DNA of 64,000 nucleotides, taken from Clostridiales bacterium (GTDB lineage Bacteria > Bacillota > Clostridia > Saccharofermentanales > Saccharofermentanaceae). The stretch spans positions 703 to 64,702 of the forward strand of contig JAFRST010000062.1 in the NCBI GenBank assembly GCA_017427465.1. Reading direction: 5' to 3'. Positions 26,166 through 36,232 of the stretch are shown here, one piece after another. A program made the translations under genes and the position numbers. The notes below the pieces were generated by a model. That model did not search any database, had not been told where the DNA came from, and saw only the letters and a program-made list of their open reading frames with translations. Position 1 is the stretch's first letter. Every line of letters starts with the position of its first letter.

Positions 26166-27350
26166 TTATAAGATGAAATCTTTCTTGCCTGCGACCAGGT
26201 CGCGCCATACCGGTGAGAATCCTCTAAGATACTCGACCACTTCTTTTACCGACTTGATGATGTAATCAGCGTCTTCGTCAGTAATGTCTTCGCCGATGCT
26301 GAGTCTCAGTGAACCGTGTGCAACATCGTGAACTCTTCCGATAGCAAGAAGTACATGTGAGGGGTCCAAAGAACCTGACGTGCATGCGCTTCCCGAAGAA
26401 GCTGCGATTCCCTTATCGTCAAGGAGGAGCAGCAATGACTCACCTTCGATTCCTTCAAAACAGAAATTGATATTGGACGGTACTCTTGATACCGCGTCAC
26501 CGTTGAGTGCGGAATGCGGGATCTCCGAAATGCCGTTGATGATCTTATCTCTTAAGGGGAGAAGCTTAGCTTTGTAGCCGTCAAGATTTGCGACAGCGTC
26601 CTTAAGGGCTGTTGCCATTGAAGCGATGCCCGGAACATTCTCCGTGCCTGCTCTTCTGCCCTTCTCCTGGGCTCCGCCTTCAATGAGATTGAAGATCCTT
26701 ACTCCCTTTTTAACATAGAGGAAACCGACTCCCTTAGGTCCGTGGAACTTGTGTCCTGAAGCTGAAAGCATATCGATGTTGTCATCAACGACATTGACCT
26801 TGATGTGACCTACGGCCTGCACTGCATCAGTATGGAAAGTAACGTTATGCTTTCTGCATACTTCGCCGATCTCACGGATGGGCTGGATCGTTCCGATCTC
26901 GTTATTGGCATACATTATGGTAACGAGGCATGTATCCTCGCGGATCGCTTCCTCTACCTGCTCTGCGCTGACGAGCCCGTTCTCATGTACATCTAAGAGG
27001 GTTACTTCAAAACCTTCTTTCTTTAACTTGTTAAGCGTATGAAGCACTGCGTGGTGCTCGAAGGCTGTAGAGATGATGTGCTTTTTGCCTTTGATCTCTC
27101 CCAGCTTTGCTGCTGATAAGATCGCCTGGTTATCGGCTTCGCTTCCGCCTGATGTGAAGATAATCTCGTTAGGCTGGGCGCCGATGGCGTCTGCCACGTC
27201 TCTTCTTGCCTGCTCAAGTACTTCCTTGGCCTTCTGGCCGAATTCGTAAAGGCTTGAAGGATTTCCGTATGTGTCTGCCAAAAGGCTTGTTAACGTCTTG
27301 ACCGCCGCGTCGCTCATCTTTGTGGTTGCGGCATTATCTGCGTAGATCAC
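26166..27350 (-). CDS. nifS: Cysteine desulfurase NifS/IscS (GTG start)
   Basis: YADNAATT; SGHKFHGPKG; SSGSACTS. Confidence 0.95.
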   Translation of the reverse strand: MIYADNAATTKMSDAAVKTLTSLLADTYGNPSSLYEFGQKAKEVLEQARRDVADAIGAQPNEIIFTSGGSEADNQAILSAAKLGEIKGKKHIISTAFEHHAVLHTLNKLKKEGFEVTLLDVHENGLVSAEQVEEAIREDTCLVTIMYANNEIGTIQPIREIGEVCRKHNVTFHTDAVQAVGHIKVNVVDDNIDMLSASGHKFHGPKGVGFLYVKKGVRIFNLIEGGAQEKGRRAGTENVPGIASMATALKDAVANLDGYKAKLLPLRDKIINGISEIPHSALNGDAVSRVPSNINFCFEGIEGESLLLLLDDKGIAASSGSACTSGSLDPSHVLLAIGRVHDVAHGSLRLSIGEDITDEDADYIIKSVKEVVEYLRGFSPVWRDLVAGKKDFIL

Positions 27351-27385
27351 GGTGATTCTCCTTTTATACAAAAATGTCACCGCAA

Positions 27386-27418
27386 TCTTAAAACCTATTT
27401 CCTACTATGTCAATAGGA
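27386..27418 (-). promoter_or_regulatory. Promoter TTGACA-N17-TAAGAT overlapped by Rrf2 operator TCCTATTGACATAGTAGGA, between nifS and the regulator gene
   Basis: Third copy of the motif, in the divergent intergenic region. Confidence 0.85.
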
Positions 27419-27486
27419 ATTTGTTATTGATTTACCTATTCGCCTATGCGTATAATGGGTAAATCATCGAAAAGGGGTAATGCGAC

Positions 27487-27882
27487 ATGATCTCAACTAA
27501 AGGAAGATACGGTTTGCGCGTAATGATAGATCTGGCACAAAACGACAACGGCAGCTATATTCCTCTGAAGGATATTGCCGAGCGTCAGGAAATCTCCAAG
27601 AAATATCTTGAAATCATAGTCAAGCAGATGGTCGAAGGGGGCCTTATCAAGGGCTTAAGCGGCAAAGGCGGCGGCTACAGGCTCGTCAAAAAACCGGAGA
27701 AATATACCGTCGGTGAGATCCTTACACTTATGGAAGGCACCATCTCATCCGTAGCATGCCTCGCTGAAAAGGACTATAACTGTCCCAGACGCAAAAAGTG
27801 CGACACTCTTCCCATGTGGAAAGAGTTCGACAGCATAGTTCACGATTATCTGTACGGAAAGAAACTGAGCGACCTGCTCTGA
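27487..27882 (+). CDS. Rrf2-family regulator, IscR-like with three Cys
   Basis: MISTKGRYGLR; GGGYRL; C-x7-C-x5-C. Confidence 0.92.
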   Translation: MISTKGRYGLRVMIDLAQNDNGSYIPLKDIAERQEISKKYLEIIVKQMVEGGLIKGLSGKGGGYRLVKKPEKYTVGEILTLMEGTISSVACLAEKDYNCPRRKKCDTLPMWKEFDSIVHDYLYGKKLSDLL

Positions 27883-29814
27883 TCAGATCTTATACTGCTT
27901 GTGTTGTCTCTTTTCCTCATACATGGCCGAATCGGCGAGCTTTAAGTATTTAGAGAAAAGGTGATACTGGTCGAACCGCTCTTCCCTGTCTTCGCCCGAA
28001 GGATCTGCGATATGGACACCGGCACTTATAACAACATTGTAATGCTTGTTCTCGGTGCGGATCTTGGTCTCTATGTAAGCTCTGACGTTATTGATATAAG
28101 CCGTTGCTCTTTCCTGATCGTAGTTCTTGGCAAGGACGACAAATTCGTCACCGCCGGATCTTGTGCAGATCTCATCGTCACCTGATGATGCCATAAGAGC
28201 ATTAGCAATCGCCTTGATGCTGTAGTCACCTTCGTAGTGACCGTAGTTGTCATTTATCTTCTTAAGATCGTCCATGTCGAAAACCATGACAGCCATACCG
28301 GTCTGATTCTTGACACACTCATAAAAGTAATCCTCGAAAAACTTTTCGACGCCGTGCCTGTTATAAAGACCCGTGAGCATATCCCTGCTGTAAAGGAACT
28401 CCAGTCTGTTTACCGTCGACTGCAGGTCTCTTTGTATACGGCGGTTCTCGAAGATCATGCCGAGGTCAACGAGCCAGGACTGCTGCACTTCCTGCTCATG
28501 CATTTCGATATTGGGCGTCACAATGAGATAACCCATGTAGTACTGGAGATGGTGGATCGTGAAAATATAATAAGGATTCGGGTCTTCGAGCATATCCTGA
28601 GGCAGAATGTCCTTCTTGCGGAACGTACTGACAGGCACATCCTGATCGCCGCGGTAGCCGGTTACTATGGTCATGTCCTCATCAACTTTGGAGAAGTCGT
28701 CACCAACGATCCTCTGCTGGTCCCATCCGGGCGCAAGGCATAAGAGCATGTCCTTGAAGCCGGAATTCCATTTCGCGTTTCTCTTCACGGCATCAAAAAA
28801 CTCCGGCAGCGTCTCGGCGCTCGCGACGCTGAGCATAAGATTGGTCGTGGACTGGGCGATATCCGTTGTATTCCTTAATCTCTTAAGATAAATGCTTCTT
28901 ACATCCTGTATGTTGTCAGCATTCTTGTGCTTGCATCCGCAGGACTGGTTAGCCATGAACTCGCCCAATATCCTTATCGTACTCGGGATCTGCTTGCCTT
29001 CAAATATCTCATTAAGAGCCAGAACAGCCGAATAACCGGAATTATAGAAAGGCTGCCTGGATGTCGTCAGGGTAGGATAGCCGTTGATGGCATCATCGAT
29101 CCCGTCAAATCCCGTTACGATAACGTCTTCCGGGACTCTTATGCCTCTTTCCCTGCATGCGATAATAAGTCCTATAGCACTGTAATCGTTTGCGCATACG
29201 ATAGCTTCAGGAAGGTCCCTGCCCTGCTTTTTGCAGCTCCCGATAATGTAATCAAGAGCGGCATCTCCGCAGTCGCGCCACAGATTGCCGAAATACACCT
29301 TGCTGTCATCGTATTCGATGCCGTGCTCAATAAGCGAGCTCTTATAAGCTTCCAGTCTTTCGTGGGTAAACGGCTTCTCGGGAAGTCCTGCAAGATGATA
29401 GATATCCTTGCATCCGTGCACTTCGATAACGTGATCCACGATCTCTTTGAACGTATGCGTGTCATCGCAGACGATGTTCATGAATTTCTCATCGAAAGAA
29501 GCGCCGATGTTGATAACCGGTTTGTTTGACTTTAAAAGGATCTGCTCCAGATGCATTTTAACCGACTGGCTGAAATAGGTGCTGATCTTAATTACACCGT
29601 CAAAATCATCGAGATCGGGAATATCGAACGATACATTGTCGCCCTGGTCATACTTAATATATTCATCGTAGCTTCTGCCGGTATAAGAATCGCTGAAGCT
29701 CGCGAAATAAATGACCTTCACTCCGCAGTCCAGGGCAGCATCATTAATGCCTTTCTGCGTTATAACACACATCGGTTCGTAAACATGAGATGTAAAAACT
29801 GCAATCTTCTTCAT
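27883..29814 (-). CDS. LacI-type sugar-binding-fold sensor plus GGDEF diguanylate cyclase
   Basis: AIVCANDYSA, VTGFD; D-MLTGLYNR, RSGGDEF. Confidence 0.9.
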   Translation of the reverse strand: MKKIAVFTSHVYEPMCVITQKGINDAALDCGVKVIYFASFSDSYTGRSYDEYIKYDQGDNVSFDIPDLDDFDGVIKISTYFSQSVKMHLEQILLKSNKPVINIGASFDEKFMNIVCDDTHTFKEIVDHVIEVHGCKDIYHLAGLPEKPFTHERLEAYKSSLIEHGIEYDDSKVYFGNLWRDCGDAALDYIIGSCKKQGRDLPEAIVCANDYSAIGLIIACRERGIRVPEDVIVTGFDGIDDAINGYPTLTTSRQPFYNSGYSAVLALNEIFEGKQIPSTIRILGEFMANQSCGCKHKNADNIQDVRSIYLKRLRNTTDIAQSTTNLMLSVASAETLPEFFDAVKRNAKWNSGFKDMLLCLAPGWDQQRIVGDDFSKVDEDMTIVTGYRGDQDVPVSTFRKKDILPQDMLEDPNPYYIFTIHHLQYYMGYLIVTPNIEMHEQEVQQSWLVDLGMIFENRRIQRDLQSTVNRLEFLYSRDMLTGLYNRHGVEKFFEDYFYECVKNQTGMAVMVFDMDDLKKINDNYGHYEGDYSIKAIANALMASSGDDEICTRSGGDEFVVLAKNYDQERATAYINNVRAYIETKIRTENKHYNVVISAGVHIADPSGEDREERFDQYHLFSKYLKLADSAMYEEKRQHKQYKI

Positions 29815-29997
29815 GTTTTTTTGGGGTCCTTTATCCCGCCTGAAAAACTGCGCCTGCCATGCATCTTAATTCAAATTATAAATTCTTTTTATGACTTTTG
29901 AATTAAGCGTATGTTAATTCTGCCCTCTTTTCCGTTTGTCGATTCAGTCTCAAATTGATAGAATCGGTGTGAATATAAGTGATAGAGGTATATATAA

Positions 29998-31854
29998 ATG
30001 AAGCAGGTTATCAAACCTTTGATCGGCACAGTATGCGCTTTGTCCGTCCTCATGACGGGCGTTACTGTCTTCGCGGAAGAGAATAAGACGACTCCCTCAG
30101 GCATTGCCTACGGCGATATTGGCAATGCGATCGAGAACTGGGCGCAAGATAACCCCGGTGACTACTCATCATTTGTAACCGCGGTTTTTGACGGTGACGG
30201 GATCATATATCAGGGCGCGTTCGGATACGCCGACAAGGAGAACAATATCGCTGCCACGACCGATTCGGTCTACGAATGGGGCAGCATCACCAAGCTCACC
30301 GTATGGGTCAGTATAATGCAGCTCTACGAGCAGGGCAGGATCGATCTGAATGAAGACATACGCACATATCTGCCCGAAGGATTTCTCAAAAATCTCAAGT
30401 ATGATGACCCTGTAACAATGTTAAACCTCATGAACCACAACGCAGGATGGGGTGAAGGTACCTGGGCTCTGCAGACCGCAGATCCTGAGCAGATAGTGTC
30501 TTTAGGAGAAGTGTTGTCCCAGACAGAACCGCCGCAGATCTACCGTCCCGGTGAGGTGTGCTCGTACTCCAACTGGGGCGCCGCCCTCGCAGGTTATGTC
30601 GTCGAGTGCATCACGGGACAGTCGTTCGCTGACTATGTTCATGAGAATATTTTCGGAGTCCTGGGGATGGAACACACATCGATCCTTCCTGACCACAGCG
30701 ACAACGCCTGGGTACAGGAAAAGCGCAAGGAACTGGTCTCTTATACTTTTGACGGATCAGTCTGGAACCCCAACGGCCACCAGCTCATCTATATCAATAT
30801 CTATCCGGCAGGAGGCGCAACGGGAACTATCGAAGACCTCGCATTATTCGCGCAGAGCTTTGTAAGAGAAGACGATCCGCTGTTTAAAAAGCCCGGAACA
30901 AGAGAGCTTCTCCTCTCGCCCTCCCTCTGTCTCGGTGATACAGAATTTGTCGTAAACTGCCACGGCCTGTGGGCCGATGAGTACGAGAATGCCTCGGTCA
31001 TAGGACACAGCGGCGGCACCAACGCATGCTCATCTGACCTTAAATTTGATGTGGAATCAGGACTTGGCGTCGTCTACATGACCGCCGGCGGATGGCCTGC
31101 AGTTCCTTCTATCATATTCGGAGAATTGGCTTCTTATGACCTTTCATCCTACGGCGGAAGCATCACGGCTCCGGGCGCGCTCAAGGGCACCTATGCAGGC
31201 TGCAGATCCAACCGCCACGGTATCTATAAAGTAATGGGATTATTCAGCATGCTTCCGCTGACTTACAACGGCAATAACGAATATTCAGTCTCGAACATGG
31301 CCACATTAACGCAGATATCGGATAACATGCTCATTTTTGAACAGGACGGGAACTCCTATCCCGCTTATGTTTACAAGACCTCCGACGGCACGACGATAGT
31401 ATCGCTGGGTTCGCAGAGCTTTGCGAGCGAGAACTCGCTTAAGGTATCGCTCTACCTGCTCATCCTGATGGCCATAATAGCAGTCGCCGGAATATTCATG
31501 CTGTTCTACAGGGTCATCAGTATCTTTACCAAAAAACATATAAGCTACGAGGGCTCCTTGTTTGTCGCTTTCTCGCAGATCTGCAGGGTCGCATCCCTCC
31601 TGCCGCTTATCCTGCTTGCGACCAAGTATTCCGAACAATACGGCCTTACGCACACTCAGGGATATATCGTTTTCGCGATCGAGGCAGTATGCTTTGCGGT
31701 ATTTGCAATAAGCTTCATCTTATCCGGAAGGGGCCTGATAAAGAAGGATACGGAAAGCTTCTTAAGGCTCAAATATGCCCTGAGTGTCATCGGCAACGGC
31801 ATCTCCATTGCAACAATTCTGTCGCTTGAACTGTTAAATATATGGGGAGTGTAA
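29998..31854 (+). CDS. Serine hydrolase (beta-lactamase/AmpC family) with C-terminal TM helices
   Basis: SITK (SxxK), YSN, GHSGG; signal peptide. Confidence 0.88.
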   Translation: MKQVIKPLIGTVCALSVLMTGVTVFAEENKTTPSGIAYGDIGNAIENWAQDNPGDYSSFVTAVFDGDGIIYQGAFGYADKENNIAATTDSVYEWGSITKLTVWVSIMQLYEQGRIDLNEDIRTYLPEGFLKNLKYDDPVTMLNLMNHNAGWGEGTWALQTADPEQIVSLGEVLSQTEPPQIYRPGEVCSYSNWGAALAGYVVECITGQSFADYVHENIFGVLGMEHTSILPDHSDNAWVQEKRKELVSYTFDGSVWNPNGHQLIYINIYPAGGATGTIEDLALFAQSFVREDDPLFKKPGTRELLLSPSLCLGDTEFVVNCHGLWADEYENASVIGHSGGTNACSSDLKFDVESGLGVVYMTAGGWPAVPSIIFGELASYDLSSYGGSITAPGALKGTYAGCRSNRHGIYKVMGLFSMLPLTYNGNNEYSVSNMATLTQISDNMLIFEQDGNSYPAYVYKTSDGTTIVSLGSQSFASENSLKVSLYLLILMAIIAVAGIFMLFYRVISIFTKKHISYEGSLFVAFSQICRVASLLPLILLATKYSEQYGLTHTQGYIVFAIEAVCFAVFAISFILSGRGLIKKDTESFLRLKYALSVIGNGISIATILSLELLNIWGV

Positions 31855-31882
31855 TAACGCCCCGATACTAAGAGGACCTGTT

Positions 31883-32317
31883 ATGAACAAGAACTACGAG
31901 ATCACAAGGACCATAACACCCGGAGAGTACATGAAGATGCGTGAAGCTGTCGGCTGGGGACTTTTCCCGCTCGAAGAAGCCCAGGCAGGCCTCGAAAACT
32001 CTTACATCTGGTGCATAAGGGACAACGGCACGCCGATAGGCATCGGAAGAGTCATCTGGGACCACGGCTACGTGATGTACATCGCTGACATCATCGTTAT
32101 CCCGGAATACCAGGGTCAGGGGCTTGGCCGCGTACTTATGGAGAACGTCATGGACTTTATCCACGCGCAGCTTAAGCCCGGTTACCGCTTTATGGTGTCT
32201 CTGTGTTCTGCAAAGGACAAGCAGGATTTCTACAAGAAATTCGGTTTTGTCGAGAGGCCCAACGAAGATGTCGGCCCCGGCATGCACCAATGGTTCACGG
32301 GCGAAGAGGTCCTTTAA
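31883..32317 (+). CDS. GNAT N-acetyltransferase
   Basis: VIPEYQGQGLG; FYKKFGF. Confidence 0.9.
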   Translation: MNKNYEITRTITPGEYMKMREAVGWGLFPLEEAQAGLENSYIWCIRDNGTPIGIGRVIWDHGYVMYIADIIVIPEYQGQGLGRVLMENVMDFIHAQLKPGYRFMVSLCSAKDKQDFYKKFGFVERPNEDVGPGMHQWFTGEEVL

Positions 32318-32334
32318 AAAGGAGCGTGAAGTAA

Positions 32335-32907
32335 ATGAACAAATTAAGAAGATTATTGGTTTGTGTGTTACTGGCAGCTTTGTCGTTAACACTTTTCGCC
32401 GGATGCTCGAAAGCATCCAAAAAGAGCTGGCTCTACTCCTGCGATCCCGACAACATGCTCGGCCTGGAAGGCTACTATTATAAAGATGACCAGCTGCACA
32501 TAGTCTTCAATACGGATTACATAAGCAAGAAGAACAGACCGGAAGGTTTGTATTATGTAAAAAAGGAAGGCGAATTCGGTCCTTATAACAAGATCAGGGT
32601 TTATATCGAAGATGAAGACTCCTACGAACCCCGCATGAAAAAGGTCGATCTGGAAGAAAAAGGAGAGCAGCTGATCGTCAGCTTTAAGATGGACAAGGAT
32701 GATGCCAAAAATATCACCGGCTTTTCTTTCCATCTCGGCTTCGACTACTCGATAGACATTGATGAAGGCGAGATCGAAGCCGTCCAATGGGGCGGCGAAT
32801 GCGCCGATTACTACCGTCAGCATTACAATGCCAAAAAGGATAAATGGAGCGAAGTTGAAAACGAATTCGTAACATATCCGATGACGGAAAACGTGGAAGA
32901 TTATTAA
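32335..32907 (+). CDS. Hypothetical lipoprotein
   Basis: Signal peptide with FAGC lipobox. Confidence 0.8.
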   Translation: MNKLRRLLVCVLLAALSLTLFAGCSKASKKSWLYSCDPDNMLGLEGYYYKDDQLHIVFNTDYISKKNRPEGLYYVKKEGEFGPYNKIRVYIEDEDSYEPRMKKVDLEEKGEQLIVSFKMDKDDAKNITGFSFHLGFDYSIDIDEGEIEAVQWGGECADYYRQHYNAKKDKWSEVENEFVTYPMTENVEDY

Positions 32908-33006
32908 GCGGACCTCCGCACGTCTGTTTTGATGCTATGAGCGGAAGATGAGATCTCAACGGCAAATCTATGACTGACGGCCACAGCAGAGCTATCGTCA
33001 ATCGTG

Positions 33007-33113
33007 TGCAAATTTTGTGTAGTGTTTTGCGTATTTCTGCACGGAATTCGCAATTTTGAGCCTAAATTGCGAAAAACGTGCAGGTTTTCGCGATTTTCTG
33101 CACAAAATCCGCA
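33007..33113. repeat. Long gapless imperfect inverted repeat (50-bp arms, 35/50 complementary, 7-nt loop)
   Basis: Manual alignment of 33007-33056 with the reverse complement of 33064-33113. Confidence 0.85.
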
Positions 33114-33144
33114 ATCTCGAAAATTCCACAACAGTTTTTTCCGT

Positions 33145-33211
33145 TTTGTCGGACTTTGTCGGATTTTGTCGAGTTTTGTCGTGAAAAACCGACAAGCCGA
33201 GCCATTATAAT
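33145..33211 (+). promoter_or_regulatory. Four TTTGTCG repeats at exact 10-nt period, one inverted copy, then TATAAT
   Basis: Direct reading; conserved upstream of paralog 6316-7095. Confidence 0.75.
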
Positions 33212-33217
33212 GTGGCT

Positions 33218-33997
33218 ATGAAGATCCTTAATGCACGCATTCCGCAAGAATATCTTGCTCTAAAGATCAATTACTGCAGGCAGCAGCTCGAAAAACTGCC
33301 GAAAGTTAAGCTGCAGATCCATAATGAATCCGGTGTTCCCTCTATGAAACTGATAGTGGGCGATCACCGGTACAGGCCCGGTTCCGAGGCAGGGAAAGAG
33401 TATTACAAAATCTGGCTCATTCGTGATCCGTTAGAAAGGGAACTTCAACTTTGCGAGGCGATCTGGCACAGCTATTACAAAGGCTCTCCCTTCCCGGAAT
33501 GCGAGCCGCACAAGGTAGTCCGTACCCTGTTTACTGATACCGGCAAGCAGGTCATTCTTAACAAAGAATACTTCGACAGCCTGAAAAATGATGCCGATAC
33601 CAAACATCCGAAGCCGCTGGATTATAAATTTGATGGCATCTATTATCGTTCCGCGGCAGAGCGGGAGATAGCTATGTTCTACACCGAGATGGGTATCCCG
33701 TTTAAGTACGAGCCTGAAGTAATGATCAGAGGAGTAAACGGTTTTATCTATCCGGACTTTGTTCCTTACTTTAAAGAAATCGACAACTGCAAATTTCATG
33801 AACACTTCGGCATAAAGAACTCTGCGAACTATCTCAGGATTACCGGAATAAAATATACCAATTATTCAAATGCGGGTCTTGTACCGGAATTGGATATTCT
33901 GTTCACGCACGATGTAGAAGGAATGCCTTTTGATATTCGATATCTGTCTTCCAAATTGAATACTGCAATCTACAGCGCGGTTATCAGCACAAGATGA
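33218..33997 (+). CDS. Vsr/DUF559-like motif protein, paralog of 6316-7095; leaderless ATG at 33218
   Basis: EYLALKINY, YRSAAEREIA, GIPFKYEP, YPDFVPYFKEIDNCKFHEHFG shared. Confidence 0.8.
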   Translation: MKILNARIPQEYLALKINYCRQQLEKLPKVKLQIHNESGVPSMKLIVGDHRYRPGSEAGKEYYKIWLIRDPLERELQLCEAIWHSYYKGSPFPECEPHKVVRTLFTDTGKQVILNKEYFDSLKNDADTKHPKPLDYKFDGIYYRSAAEREIAMFYTEMGIPFKYEPEVMIRGVNGFIYPDFVPYFKEIDNCKFHEHFGIKNSANYLRITGIKYTNYSNAGLVPELDILFTHDVEGMPFDIRYLSSKLNTAIYSAVISTR

Positions 33998-34041
33998 TAT
34001 GTTGTTTTATACTATGCATATCATGACCTGAAGGAGAAGAT

Positions 34042-34488
34042 ATGAACTTCGCTTACGAGATGACATTTACCGGGCCTGTGACGGAGAAGTCAGACGTAGT
34101 GCTCGTGCCTTATTCAAAAGAATATCAGGAGCAGTACAAGAAGCTTTATAACGGGTGCTATCACGGGATGCGCGAGGCACTGGGAATAAAGCCTTTTGAC
34201 TTTATTCAGGACGATTCGTTTTTCGCGCAAGGAATGGAGAATGTGTATCTTCTCATAGAAGACGGCGAGCTCATCGGAAGCGTCGCACTTAAATGTAACG
34301 AGATTGACGACCTGCTGGTGGACATCGGTTATCAGGGGCAAGGCATAGGCAAACAGATCCTTCTCTGGGCACTCGGGAACATCGGTGCAGAAAGAGTCAT
34401 TCTGCACGTCGCTAAGTGGAACCAAAGAGCGGTCAGTCTGTATACAAAATGCGGTTTTGAAATCACTAAGACTTTCGAGATCAGATAA
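34042..34488 (+). CDS. GNAT N-acetyltransferase
   Basis: YQGQGIGK; NQRAVSLYTKCGF. Confidence 0.9.
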   Translation: MNFAYEMTFTGPVTEKSDVVLVPYSKEYQEQYKKLYNGCYHGMREALGIKPFDFIQDDSFFAQGMENVYLLIEDGELIGSVALKCNEIDDLLVDIGYQGQGIGKQILLWALGNIGAERVILHVAKWNQRAVSLYTKCGFEITKTFEIR

Positions 34489-34500
34489 GGGAGAAACACA

Positions 34501-35292
34501 ATGAAGACAGGCATTATCGGGTACGGAAGCATGGGCAGAATGCTGCTTTGGAAGTTCGCAGAGAGCGGTATCGCAAAGCAAGACCTTTATGCATTTAACA
34601 GGACGATCGAAAAGCTCGATGAGGCAAAAGACATAGCCAAGATAGTACCCGCAAAGGAACTCGCGGCATCGTGTGACATTACATTCGTCTGCGTCCGCCC
34701 TGCCGACATAAAGACCGTGCTCGAAGAGATCAAAGATGACATCAAAGAGGGCGCGCTAATCGTGTCATTGAATGGCAGTGTTTCTTTCGAAGCTATCGGC
34801 AGCATCACAGATACCAAGACCGCCAAAGTCATTCCGAGCCTCACTGCTGAGATCGGAAGATCGCAGACTCTCGTGTGCTATAACGGCAAGGTAAATGATG
34901 AAGATAAGACAGCACTCAAAGGACTTCTGTCCAGTATCGGCAACGTCATCGAACTGCCCGAGAACGAGATGGGCATGGGTTCTGAGCTCGTAAGCTGCAT
35001 GCCGGGATTCATTGCTTCTATTTTCGACGTAATCTGCAGCTCAGCAAAGAAACACACATCAATCCCTGACGATCAGATAGTACGCATGGTCCTTCAGACT
35101 ATGAGCGCGACCGGCGACCTGATGCTGCAAAAAGACATGACTTTTGAAGACGTCGTTAAGAGAGTCGCAACGCCGGGAGGAATTACCGAGGAAGGCACAA
35201 AGGTAGTATATGAAGGCTTCCCGGAGACTGCGGATCTGCTTTTTGAAAAGACCCTGGAGAAAAGGCGTCAGACAGCAGCTAAGAACAGTTGA
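34501..35292 (+). CDS. Pyrroline-5-carboxylate reductase family (ProC/ComER-like)
   Basis: GIIGYGSMG; VATPGGITEEG. Confidence 0.85.
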   Translation: MKTGIIGYGSMGRMLLWKFAESGIAKQDLYAFNRTIEKLDEAKDIAKIVPAKELAASCDITFVCVRPADIKTVLEEIKDDIKEGALIVSLNGSVSFEAIGSITDTKTAKVIPSLTAEIGRSQTLVCYNGKVNDEDKTALKGLLSSIGNVIELPENEMGMGSELVSCMPGFIASIFDVICSSAKKHTSIPDDQIVRMVLQTMSATGDLMLQKDMTFEDVVKRVATPGGITEEGTKVVYEGFPETADLLFEKTLEKRRQTAAKNS

Positions 35293-35370
35293 GCGCAACA
35301 ACGCGTTGCTTGTTTTCGCGATCAGGTGACAGGATAATGTAACCATCAACCAGACAAAGGAGTAAGCAAG

Positions 35371-35814
35371 ATGGAAACTAAAGACGTACTTAAAAAGATC
35401 CGCGAAGAGAATGGACTGACGCAGGACCAGATGGCCGAGAGGATCCTCGTCACAAGACAGGCGGTAAGCCGCTGGGAGATGGGCGAGACACAGCCTAATA
35501 CAGAGACACTAAAGATCTTGTCCAAAGAATTCAACGTGTCGATCAATACTCTTCTGGGGAGCCCCAGACAGCTCATCTGCCAGTGCTGCGGAATGCCTCT
35601 TAATGAAGATGCAAACATAAGCCGCGAGCCTGACAGAAGCTTTAACGAAGACTACTGCAAGTGGTGTTACACAGACGGCGATTTTGTCTATCAGTCAAAG
35701 GATGCGCTGCTCGATTTCCTTATCGCCCATATGCCGAATCCCGAGAACCTTACAGAAGACGAACTGCGCACTCAGTACGACGGATACCTCTCACTTCTCA
35801 AGCATTGGCAGTAA
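35371..35814 (+). CDS. XRE HTH regulator with C-terminal zinc ribbon
   Basis: LTQDQMAE..VTRQAVSRWE; CQCCGMP..YCKWCY. Confidence 0.9.
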   Translation: METKDVLKKIREENGLTQDQMAERILVTRQAVSRWEMGETQPNTETLKILSKEFNVSINTLLGSPRQLICQCCGMPLNEDANISREPDRSFNEDYCKWCYTDGDFVYQSKDALLDFLIAHMPNPENLTEDELRTQYDGYLSLLKHWQ

Positions 35815-36232
35815 GATGTAAAACAAGCCAAGAATAACAGCGGTAAGCCGAGGAAACAAAGCTCTTACCGCCGCTATTCCGATATTACTTTAACTCTTTG
35901 TTTTTTCTTAAGAAGCGCCAGCCCCTCTTGTATTTGGGACGGCGCTTAAAATTCTTTTTAGATATTTAAATTATACAATCACTAGCGGGCTTTGCTGTAA
36001 ATAGGATAATAGTTCAAAGGCTGTTTAGTAATCAAAACGTAATTAGTTTCTATTTTGTTTGTCGTTATTGACCTTGTCAGAATGGCTGAAAAGGACTTGA
36101 GATCAGCTTCCGCATAAGGGTTTGGGCCCCAGGTGGTATAATATTCAGGTCTTATGAGGGCTAATAGATCCCGGAACTGTCTAAGGCGCCGGTTGCGGCA
36201 GATACTGATATAAATGCGAGGATAAATTACAT

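Noticed and set aside
29998-31854. Beta-lactam resistance gene
   Set aside because: Generic membrane-anchored serine hydrolase family; motifs alone do not support beta-lactamase activity
33145-33195. Short tandem repeats as a CRISPR array or plasmid iterons
   Set aside because: The 7-nt units have 3-nt gaps, with no spacers, cas genes or rep gene; better read as operator-like repeats
36140-36232. SAM/SAH riboswitch in the 5' UTR of the methyltransferase
   Set aside because: Only weak stems, no recognisable consensus and no terminator
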